A DNA stretch of 64,000 bases from Candidatus Hydrogenedentes bacterium UBA2224 (GCA_002348185.1 DDYW01000181.1:3153-67152); one strand, 5' to 3'; shown: positions 28,595 through 38,058, counted from the stretch's first letter. The notes: generated by a model from the sequence alone, not told the origin. Translations and numbers: made by a program.

Positions 28595-29233
28595 TCAGCC
28601 GCCGTGGCGCAGGGCAATGACCACGCCAAACACGATGTGGAGGCCGCCAAACCCGGCCGCGAGAAAGAGGTCGCCCGCCGTCATGCCCCCGGCCACATCA
28701 AACGCGCCGTACTCCGGCAGCGACATCAAACCGCCCGCGAGCGCCATGAAACACATCCCCATCAAAGGCACCACCCGAACAGAGAACGCGCCCCCGGTCA
28801 CGCACCCCGCGCCATACAGGAGCAGCCACAGGGGCGGCAACAGGCGCCACAAGCCTTCGTGCACGAAAACGGCCGTCAACAACGCGCCCGCCACGATCGG
28901 CGGCGCCAGGCTCAGCGCAAACCGGCGCCCCGGCCCCATCCACAGGGATTCCCGGTTCCGCCGGGCTTTGAGGGTCATCGAGACCGCCCCAACGGTCACG
29001 CTCCCGCCCGCCACGGCCAGCCAGGTGCCAAGCCATGGCGCTCCCGGCCTCGAGGCCCAAAAACTTCCCGCAAGCGCCAGCAGCCCCATGGCGAGCAGTC
29101 CCCGTCCGGGAACCGACGTAAACGACGACGACCGGGTCATGGCCTCGCGTATGAAGGCCAGGTTGTCCATGGCCCGTGCGTGAAGCTGTACCGGCGCCCC
29201 GGGGTCCGGGGACTCTTTGCGTTCCGTGCTCAT
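28595..29233 (-). CDS. small integral membrane protein (hypothetical), first gene of the wHTH operon
   Basis: The ATG at 29233 gives MSTERKESPDPG followed by about 6 hydrophobic helices. The promoter-like element just upstream argues against the longer ORF that extends to 29563. Confidence 0.55.
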   Translation of the reverse strand: MSTERKESPDPGAPVQLHARAMDNLAFIREAMTRSSSFTSVPGRGLLAMGLLALAGSFWASRPGAPWLGTWLAVAGGSVTVGAVSMTLKARRNRESLWMGPGRRFALSLAPPIVAGALLTAVFVHEGLWRLLPPLWLLLYGAGCVTGGAFSVRVVPLMGMCFMALAGGLMSLPEYGAFDVAGGMTAGDLFLAAGFGGLHIVFGVVIALRHGG

Positions 29234-29242
29234 CGCACCGTC

Positions 29243-29271
29243 AGTATATCCGAGTTTCTTGTGTTTGCCAA
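29243..29271 (-). promoter_or_regulatory. strong sigma70-type promoter giving a near-leaderless mRNA
   Basis: On the minus strand: TTGGCA (29271-29266), 17-nt spacer, TATACT (29248-29243). Only 9 nt separate the -10 element from the ATG at 29233. Confidence 0.5.
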
Positions 29272-29459
29272 GTACTTTATATCCAAAAGCGAAACCGGGT
29301 TCCCCCATTTGCCGCGTGCGGTCCTTTTCAACGCAAAACTGCAGCACCTTCCGCAAACTGTCCACGTCGTACAGGCTTTCGGTGAAATTGTCTTCCAGGC
29401 AGCTTTGCCAGACGGCAGTGATCCCGCCCGTCCCAGGACAGCAGCGTGAACCAGACGAC

Positions 29460-29930
29460 TCAGGGCAAATCGCGCCAGAGGTTCCCCAGATAGATCGGGC
29501 CCGGCGCTGCGGACGCACCAAGCAGGCGGAGGAGCGGTTCGTGAAGGTCAGGGACCAGGACAAGGCCGTTCAATTCCGCCATGGGCACAAACCGGACCGC
29601 GGTCAGACGATAGTCGTCCCCCTTCCGCAGACTTCCACCCAGGAGGGTGCACCGGAAACAGAGGTTCACGATATGGCGATGGCGCTCCGGGGGGAGGCTG
29701 TCGTACACCAGCGCGACATCGCCCACCGCGACGTCCAGTCCGGTTTCCTCCCGAAGTTCCCGTTTCAGCGCGTCTGCCAGGGACTCGCCGTAGTCCACCC
29801 CGCCGCCCGGAAGAAGCCAGTACCTCCGCCCATCCTTTTCGTGTTCGACCAGGAGGACGGCGTCCTCATTCCGCAGGAGCGCGGCCACGCGAATCCGGGG
29901 CCCCAATCCGTGTCCTTCCGTTTCGGTCAT
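29460..29930 (-). CDS. NUDIX hydrolase
   Basis: The Nudix box GGGVDYGESLADALKRELREETGL is present. The protein is 156 aa and its ATG overlaps the hflX stop (ATGA). Confidence 0.9.
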   Translation of the reverse strand: MTETEGHGLGPRIRVAALLRNEDAVLLVEHEKDGRRYWLLPGGGVDYGESLADALKRELREETGLDVAVGDVALVYDSLPPERHRHIVNLCFRCTLLGGSLRKGDDYRLTAVRFVPMAELNGLVLVPDLHEPLLRLLGASAAPGPIYLGNLWRDLP

Positions 29931-31216
29931 ACAATATAATCGGCAAGCTGCCGCCGCAGGGGCGCGTCGACCTCGGCCTCCAGAACCACAACATTGTCTT
30001 CATAGTCCTGCTGGATGACCCGGCCGCATTTGTGAACGCGCGCCACCACGCTTCCCTTGTGCTGGGGAATGCGCAAGCGCACACGGGAGCGTTGCGGCGT
30101 CAGGTTCGCATCGACCGCTCGGAGCAGCTCCTCGATGCCCTGGCCGGTCCTCGCGGAAACCCGCACGCCGTGGCCGAACCGCGCCTCCAGTTCATGCGCC
30201 TGCATGGGCGTGGCGATGTCCATCTTGTTGAGAGCGAGCACGGCCGGCTTCTCCCCCACGCCGATCTCGTCCAATACGGCGCGCACGGCCTTCATGTGTT
30301 CCTCGGCCGCGGCATGCGAAGCATCGACGACCATGAGCAGCACATCCGCCTCGTTCACTTCCTCGAGCGTGGCGCGGAACGCCGCGACCAGGGAGTGCGG
30401 AAGGTTCCGGATAAATCCCACCGTGTCCGTAAAGGTCACCTCGCGGCCGCTGGGGAGTTCCCGTCTCCGCGTCGTGGTGTCGAGGGTGGCAAACAGCTTG
30501 TCTTCGACAAACGCACCGGCATTTGTCAGCGCGTTAAGAAGCGACGATTTGCCCGCGTTGGTGTAGCCGACCAGGGCCACCGTGCCGATACCCCCTTCGA
30601 TGCGCCGCTTGCGCTGGATGCGCCGGCGTTTGCGCGTGCCCTCGAGCTCTGCCTTGAACCGGCGGATCCGCTCGCGCACCACGCGGCGGTCCACCTCGAG
30701 CTTCTGTTCGCCGGGACCGCGTACCCCGATGCCGCCCTGCTGGCGCATCATGGCCGAGCCCCGGCCGGTCAGGCGCGGCAGGAGATACTCGAGCTGGGCC
30801 AGTTCGACCTGATGCTTGCCTTCGTTGGACTGGGCGCGCAAGGCAAAAATGTCGAGAATCAACTGCGTGCGGTCCACGACCTTCACCCCGAGCGTGTCGC
30901 CGATATTGGCGCCCTGGCTGGGGGTCAGGTCGCAGTCGAAAATGACCAGACCCGCCTCATGCTCTTCGCATGCCGCGCTGAGGGTCTCGAGTTTTCCCTT
31001 TCCAATAAGGGTCCCCGGGCACGGTCTGGCCCGGCGCTGCACAAGCGTAGCGGCCACGCCGGCCCCGGCCGTCCAGGTCAGGCGCCGCATTTCTTCAAGC
31101 GAATCCTCGACTTCCCTCGGGTCATCACCCGGAAGAATCAGCCTTACCAGGATGGCGGTCTCGGTCAGCGGCGGCCGCTCGAGTTCTATCAATCGTTCGT
31201 TTCTTTCCTCGGTCAT
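29927..31216 (-). CDS. hflX: ribosome-associated GTPase HflX
   Basis: It has an HflX N-terminal domain plus the G motifs GYTNAGKSS, DTVGF and NKMD. The length is 429 aa. Confidence 0.9.
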   Translation of the reverse strand: MTEERNERLIELERPPLTETAILVRLILPGDDPREVEDSLEEMRRLTWTAGAGVAATLVQRRARPCPGTLIGKGKLETLSAACEEHEAGLVIFDCDLTPSQGANIGDTLGVKVVDRTQLILDIFALRAQSNEGKHQVELAQLEYLLPRLTGRGSAMMRQQGGIGVRGPGEQKLEVDRRVVRERIRRFKAELEGTRKRRRIQRKRRIEGGIGTVALVGYTNAGKSSLLNALTNAGAFVEDKLFATLDTTTRRRELPSGREVTFTDTVGFIRNLPHSLVAAFRATLEEVNEADVLLMVVDASHAAAEEHMKAVRAVLDEIGVGEKPAVLALNKMDIATPMQAHELEARFGHGVRVSARTGQGIEELLRAVDANLTPQRSRVRLRIPQHKGSVVARVHKCGRVIQQDYEDNVVVLEAEVDAPLRRQLADYIV

Positions 31217-31359
31217 ACCCTCGTCTTTCGTGCGGTCATACCCTGCTTCTCACTATATCACGGGAGCCACATTGAATCTGTCCCCATAGATTCTTAGTCT
31301 ATGCACACACAGGAACTCGTGGCGTCCCCGAAGACAACCGCGAAAGGATTACCGTACCC

Positions 31360-32517
31360 GTGACAAAGCGTTTCATCTCTCAGCTGTTTGTTCAGAAAAC
31401 GTTGGTGTTGGCGCTGGCGCTGCTCGCCGTGAGCGGCTACGCCGGGGCTGAACAGGCCGCAAACGCGCCCGAACCCGCCCCGCCGCAGGAGGTATTTCCA
31501 TTGCCTGAAACACTCTACGACACGCAAACATTCACCGGGAAGGTCCTTCGGAGCGGCGGCCGGGTGGACTTCGTCTTCGGATCTGACCGCCCCTTCGCGC
31601 AGTGCCATGCCTCCACCATTGCCCAGGCCCCATCGGGCGAGCTTCTCTGCGCGTGGTTCGGCGGCACGGAGGAAAAGGACCCCGACGTCGGTATCTGGTA
31701 TGCCCGCTTCACCAACGGCGCGTGGGCGCCCCCGAAGCGCATCGCAAAGGTCAACGAAACCGCTCATTGGAATCCGGTGCTGTTCACCGATCCCGAGGCC
31801 GGCGTGTTCCTCTTTTTCAAAGTCGGTCCCGAAATCCCCTACTGGCAGACTTACTGGATGAAGTCCGCCGATGCGGGCCTGACGTGGACCGACCCCGTCG
31901 AGCTGGTCCCCGGCGACAACGGCGGCCGGGGTCCCGTCAAGAACAAGCCGATCATCCTCTCGGACGGGGCGTGGCTCGCGCCCGCCTCAACCGAACTCGG
32001 CGCCTGGAAGCCCTTCTGCGACCGGTCGGAGGACGACGGACGAACGTGGACGCGCAGCGCCGATTTCGCCATCGACCCGGTCCAAGTCATCGGCAAAGGC
32101 GCCATCCAGCCCACGTTCTGGGAGTCCTCGCCTGGCAACGTACATGCTCTCCTGCGCACCACCGCAGCGAAGATCGGCCGCGCTGACTCGACGGACGGCG
32201 GCCGGACCTGGTCGCCCATGCGGCTCACCGGGATGCCCAACAACAACAGCGGCATTGACCTCGAGAAACTCGACGACAACCGCCTGCTGCTGCTCTACAA
32301 CCCCATCGGCAAGGATTGGGGACCCCGAACGCCCCTCAATCTCGCGGTATCGAGCGACAACGGCGAAACGTGGCAGGATCTGGTCAGTCTGGAGACCGCG
32401 GAAGGCGAATACTCGTACCCGGCCATCATCCGGAGTGGCGACGGGATCGTCCTGTGTTACACCTGGCGTCGCGAACGCGTTCGCTGCTGGCAGATCCCCG
32501 CCGCGGCATTTGAGTAA
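31360..32517 (+). CDS. secreted BNR/Asp-box beta-propeller protein (sialidase-like fold)
   Basis: A GTG start is followed by the signal peptide LVLALALLAVSGYAGA. Asp-boxes are SADAGLTW, SEDDGRTW, STDGGRTW and SSDNGETW. No obvious FRIP motif, so enzymatic specificity is open. Confidence 0.7.
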   Translation: MTKRFISQLFVQKTLVLALALLAVSGYAGAEQAANAPEPAPPQEVFPLPETLYDTQTFTGKVLRSGGRVDFVFGSDRPFAQCHASTIAQAPSGELLCAWFGGTEEKDPDVGIWYARFTNGAWAPPKRIAKVNETAHWNPVLFTDPEAGVFLFFKVGPEIPYWQTYWMKSADAGLTWTDPVELVPGDNGGRGPVKNKPIILSDGAWLAPASTELGAWKPFCDRSEDDGRTWTRSADFAIDPVQVIGKGAIQPTFWESSPGNVHALLRTTAAKIGRADSTDGGRTWSPMRLTGMPNNNSGIDLEKLDDNRLLLLYNPIGKDWGPRTPLNLAVSSDNGETWQDLVSLETAEGEYSYPAIIRSGDGIVLCYTWRRERVRCWQIPAAAFE

Positions 32518-32599
32518 ATCGATATCGCGGAATAATTCACGGCCGTGGGGTCCCGCGCGGACCTCACGGCCGTGTGTGCATGTATGGGCCGGCGCGTCC

Positions 32600-32644
32600 A
32601 AAGAAAACGGCCCCGTCCGCGGAGATACTCCGGGGACGCGGCCG
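32600..32644 (-). terminator. probable intrinsic terminator after rpsI
   Basis: An imperfect 11-bp GC stem (32608-32618 pairing with 32634-32644, 1 mismatch) is followed by a T-rich tail on the minus strand (plus AAAGAAAA at 32600-32607). Confidence 0.4.
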
Positions 32645-32670
32645 TGAACGAGTCTGCCCGCTCGAGCGGT

Positions 32671-33075
32671 TTACCGCTTGGAGAACTGGAAGCGCTTGCG
32701 GGCGCCGGGTTGTCCGTACTTCTTGCGTTCGACCTCGCGCGCATCGCGAGTCAGCAGCCCGTACTTACGCAGGACGGGACGGTATTTCTCGTCCAGTTCA
32801 ACGAGCGCACGGGCGATGCCCAGGCGCAGGGCGCCGGCCTGTCCGGTCAGCCCGCCGCCGCTGCAACGCGCGCGGATGTCAAACCGGTTCACGGTGTCCG
32901 TCACGTCGAACGGCTGTTTTGCCAGCATCACGAGCACTTCGCGCGCCAGATAGGCGTCCAGGGGACGGCCATTGACCGTCACCACACCCGTGCCCGGCTT
33001 CAGGCGAACGCGCGCCGAGGCGTTTTTGCGCCGGCCGATGGCCATTACTTCATTCGTCTTTGCGTCGACTGCCAC
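32671..33075 (-). CDS. rpsI: 30S ribosomal protein S9
   Basis: [17 protein letters not shown]...[19 protein letters not shown]...[18 protein letters not shown]. Confidence 0.95.
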   Translation of the reverse strand: MAVDAKTNEVMAIGRRKNASARVRLKPGTGVVTVNGRPLDAYLAREVLVMLAKQPFDVTDTVNRFDIRARCSGGGLTGQAGALRLGIARALVELDEKYRPVLRKYGLLTRDAREVERKKYGQPGARKRFQFSKR

Positions 33076-33112
33076 TTGGGGTTCCTCTCCTCAATCCTCG
33101 CCTTCGTTTGTG

Positions 33113-33541
33113 CTAGAAGGTATGCATTTCCGGATTCTGTGCTTCATGGGGATGCTCGTTGCCCGCGTAGATGCGGACGCGCGTGGCGAGTTGCCGCCCC
33201 AACCGGTTGTGGGGCAACATCCCCTTGACCGCGAACATCATGGCGCGCGTCGGGTGCTTCGCCACCAGCTTCTCGTAGGTGGTTTCTTTCAGCCCGCCAA
33301 GATACCCGGAGTGCCGGTAATACTTCTTGGCCTGCGCCTTGCGTCCCGTGACGCACGCTTTGTCCGCGTTAATGATCACCACATGATCGCCGCAATCCAG
33401 GTAAGGGGTGTACTGGGGCTTGTGTTTGCCGCGCAGCAGCCTGGCCGCTTCCGCCGCAACCCGGCCGAGCACCTTGCCATTCGCGTCGATGACCAACCAC
33501 TTCTTTTTGATATCTCCCTCGCGGGGGACATACGTTTTCAC
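33113..33541 (-). CDS. rplM: 50S ribosomal protein L13
   Basis: The GTG at 33541 is preceded by TAAGGAGAGAG. (M)KTYVPREGDIKKKWLVIDANGKVLGRVAAEAARLLRGKHKPQYTP is canonical L13. The longer listed ORF has an implausible N-terminus. Confidence 0.9.
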   Translation of the reverse strand: MKTYVPREGDIKKKWLVIDANGKVLGRVAAEAARLLRGKHKPQYTPYLDCGDHVVIINADKACVTGRKAQAKKYYRHSGYLGGLKETTYEKLVAKHPTRAMMFAVKGMLPHNRLGRQLATRVRIYAGNEHPHEAQNPEMHTF

Positions 33542-33619
33542 CGCTTCTCTCTCCTTAACGGCCGGGTCAGGCCGTAAAAGCACACAACTCAGCAACTTGT
33601 GAGGACAACGCGAAGCGAA

Positions 33620-33648
33620 AGTGTACCTGACGAAAATCCGAATGTCAA
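33620..33648 (-). promoter_or_regulatory. sigma70-type promoter of rplM-rpsI
   Basis: On the minus strand: TTGACA (33648-33643), 17-nt spacer, TACACT (33625-33620). The ~70-nt leader contains a small hairpin (ACGGCC..GGCCGT) abutting the RBS. Confidence 0.55.
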
Positions 33649-33777
33649 GAAAGACCTCCCCACCCGAATCTTCGCAGTTTTCGTCCGGCATTTTGCCGCC
33701 CGGCCCAAACCCGCCCGACGTGCGCGGCGTAACGCAACCAGGCATCAAATACCCTCTGTTTTAAGCCGCTGTTTGCC

Positions 33778-35544
33778 TCAATCGTCGCTCACATCGACGC
33801 TGACGTAATCGACATACAGGCCGGCCTCATCCATCGCGGTGGCCGTAGAGCGTATCCGCACGTAGTTTACCCCGCGCGGCTCCCGGAATGCACGCGGAAG
33901 GTATACCCGAGGCACATCATCCACCGACGCCACCGCCGTGCGGCCCGGGGTGTCCCATGCCATTTGCAGCGTGCACCACGTGCCTGCCTCAAGCGACTCC
34001 CGCACGGAAATGTGGCCGTCCGGCTGAATGGGAAGCGAAAAAACGGCCTCCTTCTCCCCATTCGGGTCGGTAGGATCAAAGAAACGGTCCAGGAGAGACA
34101 CCACGGCGCCTCCAAACCCTTCCCGCAACAATACCCGCAGGGTCAGAACCCCCTTGCGGCCCATCCGGAAATTCCAGACTGCTCCGTCGCCGGCATAGTC
34201 GTCCGGCCGCCGTACGTGCAGCACGGTTCCGCCGCGGGCTTCCGGCAGTTCCACGACGGCCGGGCCCTGCCTGCGGTCCTGCCACCAGCGCGAGACCTCA
34301 CCGTAGTGCGTGAAGACGGACCAGCCGTCCAGCCCGGCCGAAAAATCGTCTTCGCGGTGGGTTCCCAGTAGCCAGTCCGGATCAAAACGCAACATGGCGC
34401 TGGCCGGCCCCTGCCCGGTCATCACGATGACTTTCCCGTTGGGGGCGAGGTACGGATAGGGATAGGCCGTCCCCCGGTCGCCCGATTTCGGTGGCGTGTT
34501 GTTCCGGGTAGGGTCGCGGTAGATTTCCCGGTAGCCCCGCCAGGTCCGGCCTTCATCGTCGGAGATCGCGGCGTGGAGCGCGTCGCGGCCGCCATAGACG
34601 CCCGCCCCGTGTACACGCGGCGGTTTCTCGCATCCGTTCCAGAACACGAGAATGCGGTCATCCGGCAGGCGCAGGAACCCCGCCGGCGCGTCGGTCCCGA
34701 GGAATTCCGTCGGACGCAGGGGCTCCCAGGCGGCTCCGTCGGGGGAATAGGATTCATACAGGCAGCCGGCATCGGTGCGGGCGAGCATGTACACGCGCCC
34801 GTCCTTGAGCTCGATGATGCACGGTTCGCACGCGCCATAGCCGCTGCCGTTGAAATCCGTGTGGGTCGGGGCGGTAAGCTGCGCCGGCGACTTGTGCCAG
34901 GTATCACCGCCGTCGTCGGAATACACGCACGTGACCACGTTGGCGCCGCACGGAGGGCCCGTCTTCCGGTCCGGCAGCCACTCGGCAAACGGCAGCACAA
35001 TGCGGCCCGTGCTCAACTGGGTCACCCCATTGATGGACCCCACATACCCTTCAAAGATGACCTTGGCCTCTTCCCACGCCGTGCCGCCGTCTCGCGTCTT
35101 GATATGCCAGATGTCGATAAAGTAATCGACACCGATCGTGCGCCCCTCCCCTGCCCGGCGCACAATCATGGGAAAGAGGTGAAACTCGCCTTCGCGATCA
35201 CGCAGCGGCAAGAAGGCGCGCGGCCCTTCGTATTCCAGAGTCGGGGCGCTCCACGTGATCCCCCCGTCCGGCGACGTCACCGAGAAATTCCAGAATGCTC
35301 CGCCTTCGGCGGTTTCTGCGTAAAACGACTTCAGCGTCCCGTCCGGCATCAGGATCACGCCGCCCCGGCGATCCCCCAGCCGGACGGGCTCCCAGACGTC
35401 CTCCTGGCGCGCCTCCGCCTCTTGTTCGGGGACAGCGCTCCGCGAGCCGGCCTCCTGTTCAGCCGCCCAGACGTATCCCGCCAGAAAACAGCCTTCTACA
35501 AGCAAAGCGGTCAGTAGCGCCCGGGTCCGGAGTGTGATTCGCAT
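33778..35544 (-). CDS. secreted BNR/Asp-box propeller protein with C-terminal concanavalin/LamG-like domain
   Basis: The ATG at 35544 follows GAGGA and gives the signal peptide MRITLRTRALLTALLVEGCFLAGYVWA. Asp-boxes are SPDGGITW, TRDGGTAW, SDDGGDTW and SDDEGRTW. The C-terminal ~200 aa looks like a beta-sandwich (GDGAVWNFRMGRKG...YVDYVSVDV). Confidence 0.65.
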   Translation of the reverse strand: MRITLRTRALLTALLVEGCFLAGYVWAAEQEAGSRSAVPEQEAEARQEDVWEPVRLGDRRGGVILMPDGTLKSFYAETAEGGAFWNFSVTSPDGGITWSAPTLEYEGPRAFLPLRDREGEFHLFPMIVRRAGEGRTIGVDYFIDIWHIKTRDGGTAWEEAKVIFEGYVGSINGVTQLSTGRIVLPFAEWLPDRKTGPPCGANVVTCVYSDDGGDTWHKSPAQLTAPTHTDFNGSGYGACEPCIIELKDGRVYMLARTDAGCLYESYSPDGAAWEPLRPTEFLGTDAPAGFLRLPDDRILVFWNGCEKPPRVHGAGVYGGRDALHAAISDDEGRTWRGYREIYRDPTRNNTPPKSGDRGTAYPYPYLAPNGKVIVMTGQGPASAMLRFDPDWLLGTHREDDFSAGLDGWSVFTHYGEVSRWWQDRRQGPAVVELPEARGGTVLHVRRPDDYAGDGAVWNFRMGRKGVLTLRVLLREGFGGAVVSLLDRFFDPTDPNGEKEAVFSLPIQPDGHISVRESLEAGTWCTLQMAWDTPGRTAVASVDDVPRVYLPRAFREPRGVNYVRIRSTATAMDEAGLYVDYVSVDVSDD

Positions 35545-35593
35545 GTGGGATGTCCTCATTCGTTTGCGCCTATCTGTTCGGAAGCCCCGCCCG

Positions 35594-37963
35594 TCACGCT
35601 CTCTCGGCTTCGGCTTCCGAGGCGGCCTCCAGAGCCTCCTCGGTTTCTCTCTCAACGTCTGGAAGCACCGGAGGTTCCTCGGCAACGGCTTCGGTGTCGG
35701 GTTCACGGATCAGGTGTTCGGAAAGCTGCATCTCCGCGAGGGCCATCAGAAAGGAGACCGTCGATTCCGCGCCCTGGTTCTGATTCACACGATCCGAGGA
35801 GAGCCCGTCGAAGCAGCCGCCGGTGCCCGCATGATACAGGGGCATGTGCAGGTCGTTCTTTCCGAGGAACCAGTCGAATGCCCGGAGCGCCTCTTCCCAC
35901 CAGCGTTCCTCGCCGGTCATGCGGTAGGCCTCGAGGCAGGCCGCGACGGTGGAGTTCGCTTCGATGGGCTGCTGGTCGAAACGCGCCCGCGGCTCGCCCT
36001 TCCGGTAGAATCCGTGGCAGCCGATCGGCACGAAATGCTGGCCTCCCGCGCGCTGCACCTGAACAAGCCATTCCAGGGCACGCAGCCCCGCATCAACCAT
36101 GTTGCCGTCGTTCAGCCACTGACCGCACAGGAAGAGGGCATGCGGCAGGCGGGCGTTGCCATACGTCAGAAAGTCCTCGAACCACAGCCACTCCTTCGAG
36201 GCATTCCTTTCAAACATGGCGAGGAGGCGGTGGGCCAGGTCCACCCGTGCGTCCTGCGCCGCGCAATGGCCGTAGAAGCGCCGCATGTATTCCATCATCC
36301 CCAGCAGGGAGTAGGCCCAGGCCCGCGTTTCGCGGAATCCCAGACACGGTGGAAGGGCCTCGTCAAACAAGCGGCAGGCGAATCCGCGCAGGCCGCTGTA
36401 GCGGGAACGGCCGGCCACAACGCCCAGCGCCCAGAGGGCGCGGCCGTGGCTGTCTTCCGAGCCCACTTCTTCCAGCCAGCGCCGGTCATAGCCCATGAAG
36501 TTCCGAAACCTGCGGGTCTTGGGATTCCACGCGTGGTTCAGGAACGCGAGATAGCGCGATTGAAGCGTGCGCACCAGCGGCATGTTTCCGGCGCCCAACT
36601 CCTCGAGAAGCACCGTCAGCACCACGGCGCGCGCGTTGTCGTCCACCGTGTACCCTTCGTCGTAATTGGGAATGGCGAACGTGGCGTGCTGCAGGAGGCC
36701 CGTCTCGTCGGTCAGACGCTGGAGGTGCTCGAGCTTGATGCCCGGGAGTTCCCCTTTGGTGAACTCCAGCGGCGGGATACCCCGGCGGCGTCGCGGCTTG
36801 CGGAAACTCTCCCCCCGGGCGCGTTCAAAGACCTCCCCGTACTGCCCGGCCACATTTTCCCAGACCATCTGGCGCCCATACTCGTAGGCCCGCTTTCGCA
36901 TGGCGTGACGTTCGGCCTCATGCTCCAGCAGGTACATGACCTGTTCAGCGATGGCCGCGCTGTCCCTGAACGGCACCAGGCGTCCCCGCCCGTCCGCGAG
37001 CAAGTCTTCCGCATACCAGTAGGGCGTCGAGATCACGGCCTTCCCCGCGCCGGCCGAGTAGGCCAGGGTCCCGGAAGTGATCTGCCGGGGCTCGAGATAC
37101 GGCGTGACGTACAGGTCCGCGCACCCGATGAACTCGATGAGCTCTTCGAGCGTCACGAACCGGTTGTGGAAAATCACGCTGCCCTGGACGCCTCGCGACT
37201 TGACCAGGCGCTGCAAACTCAGCCGGTACGATTCCCCCTGGTCTCGTATCAGATGCGGGTGGGTCGCGCCAAGAATGATGTAGACCAGGTTTGGGAACCG
37301 TTCCAGGATCTTCGGCAGCGCCTCAATCACATACTCAATGCCTTTGTTAGGGGAAAGGAGTCCGAAAGTGAGTAAAACCAGCTTTCCCTCCACGCCGAAC
37401 TTGTCTTTGAAATAGTTTGGATCCACAAACGGCACGTCCGGAATGCCGTGGTGAATCAAGTCGATTCTCTCTTCGGGAACCCCATAGATGGTCTTCAGAA
37501 AGGTGCGTCCCCGCTCGCTCATCACAACCATCCGGTCGGACAAGGCCGTCAATTCGTCCATGACCTGGCGCTGCGCGGCATTCGGCTTTTCCAGAACGGT
37601 ATGAAGGGTGGTTACGATGGGCATGCTGAGATCGCTGAGCAGTTTGATGATGTGGCTTCCCGCGACGCCCCCGAAAATGCCGAATTCGTGCTGCAGGCAG
37701 ACCGTGTCGATATTGTTGATGTTCAGGAATTCGGCCGCGCGCCGGTACGAGGCGAGTTCCTGCTCGCGCACTTCAAAACGCACCCGCGGAGGATAGTCGT
37801 ACCCATCCTCCACATCGTTGATCGGAATCGCGAACACGTCCGCATTCGGGTGGGCCTCGGCAAAGGCTTCACACAAGTCGGTGGTGAAGGTTGCTATCCC
37901 GCACTGACGCGGAAGATAATTCCCGATAAAGGCCACCCGCTGATTGTACTCTTTGTGAACCAT
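35594..37963 (-). CDS. GT4-family glycosyltransferase fused to a C-terminal helical (alpha/alpha)6-like domain
   Basis: The N-terminal ~390 aa is GT-B/GT4-like (RVAFIGNYLPRQCGIATFT..., EPRQITSGTLAYSAGAGKAVIST). The C-terminal ~390 aa has recurring helix-hairpin motifs (DDNARAV, GRALWALG, YGNARLPHAL, NQGAESTVSFL). The toroid fold is inferred. Confidence 0.7.
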   Translation of the reverse strand: MVHKEYNQRVAFIGNYLPRQCGIATFTTDLCEAFAEAHPNADVFAIPINDVEDGYDYPPRVRFEVREQELASYRRAAEFLNINNIDTVCLQHEFGIFGGVAGSHIIKLLSDLSMPIVTTLHTVLEKPNAAQRQVMDELTALSDRMVVMSERGRTFLKTIYGVPEERIDLIHHGIPDVPFVDPNYFKDKFGVEGKLVLLTFGLLSPNKGIEYVIEALPKILERFPNLVYIILGATHPHLIRDQGESYRLSLQRLVKSRGVQGSVIFHNRFVTLEELIEFIGCADLYVTPYLEPRQITSGTLAYSAGAGKAVISTPYWYAEDLLADGRGRLVPFRDSAAIAEQVMYLLEHEAERHAMRKRAYEYGRQMVWENVAGQYGEVFERARGESFRKPRRRRGIPPLEFTKGELPGIKLEHLQRLTDETGLLQHATFAIPNYDEGYTVDDNARAVVLTVLLEELGAGNMPLVRTLQSRYLAFLNHAWNPKTRRFRNFMGYDRRWLEEVGSEDSHGRALWALGVVAGRSRYSGLRGFACRLFDEALPPCLGFRETRAWAYSLLGMMEYMRRFYGHCAAQDARVDLAHRLLAMFERNASKEWLWFEDFLTYGNARLPHALFLCGQWLNDGNMVDAGLRALEWLVQVQRAGGQHFVPIGCHGFYRKGEPRARFDQQPIEANSTVAACLEAYRMTGEERWWEEALRAFDWFLGKNDLHMPLYHAGTGGCFDGLSSDRVNQNQGAESTVSFLMALAEMQLSEHLIREPDTEAVAEEPPVLPDVERETEEALEAASEAEAERA

Positions 37964-38008
37964 AGCCTCCTCGTCTTTCGCCGGACCGGCGGTGGTTTAT
38001 GTGTTGTT

Positions 38009-38036
38009 TTGCACCAAAAAGCGCCTTCACTATAAC
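38009..38036 (+). promoter_or_regulatory. candidate sigma70-type promoter for the amidohydrolase cluster
   Basis: TTGCAC (38009-38014), 16-nt spacer, TATAAC (38031-38036). It implies a ~175-nt leader before the ATG at 38217. Confidence 0.3.
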
Positions 38037-38058
38037 ATATGACCAGCGTCTAAACTGA

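Noticed and set aside
29234-29563. 110-codon N-terminal extension of the small membrane protein ORF
   Set aside because: A near-consensus promoter (29243-29271) lies inside it, and its 5' end overlaps the Nudix gene. No ATG with an RBS occurs in the stretch.
35534-37375. 613-aa and 317-aa plus-strand ORFs across the GT4 gene
   Set aside because: They are antisense to a GT4 gene with strong family similarity. The translations are Arg/Pro/Gly-rich.
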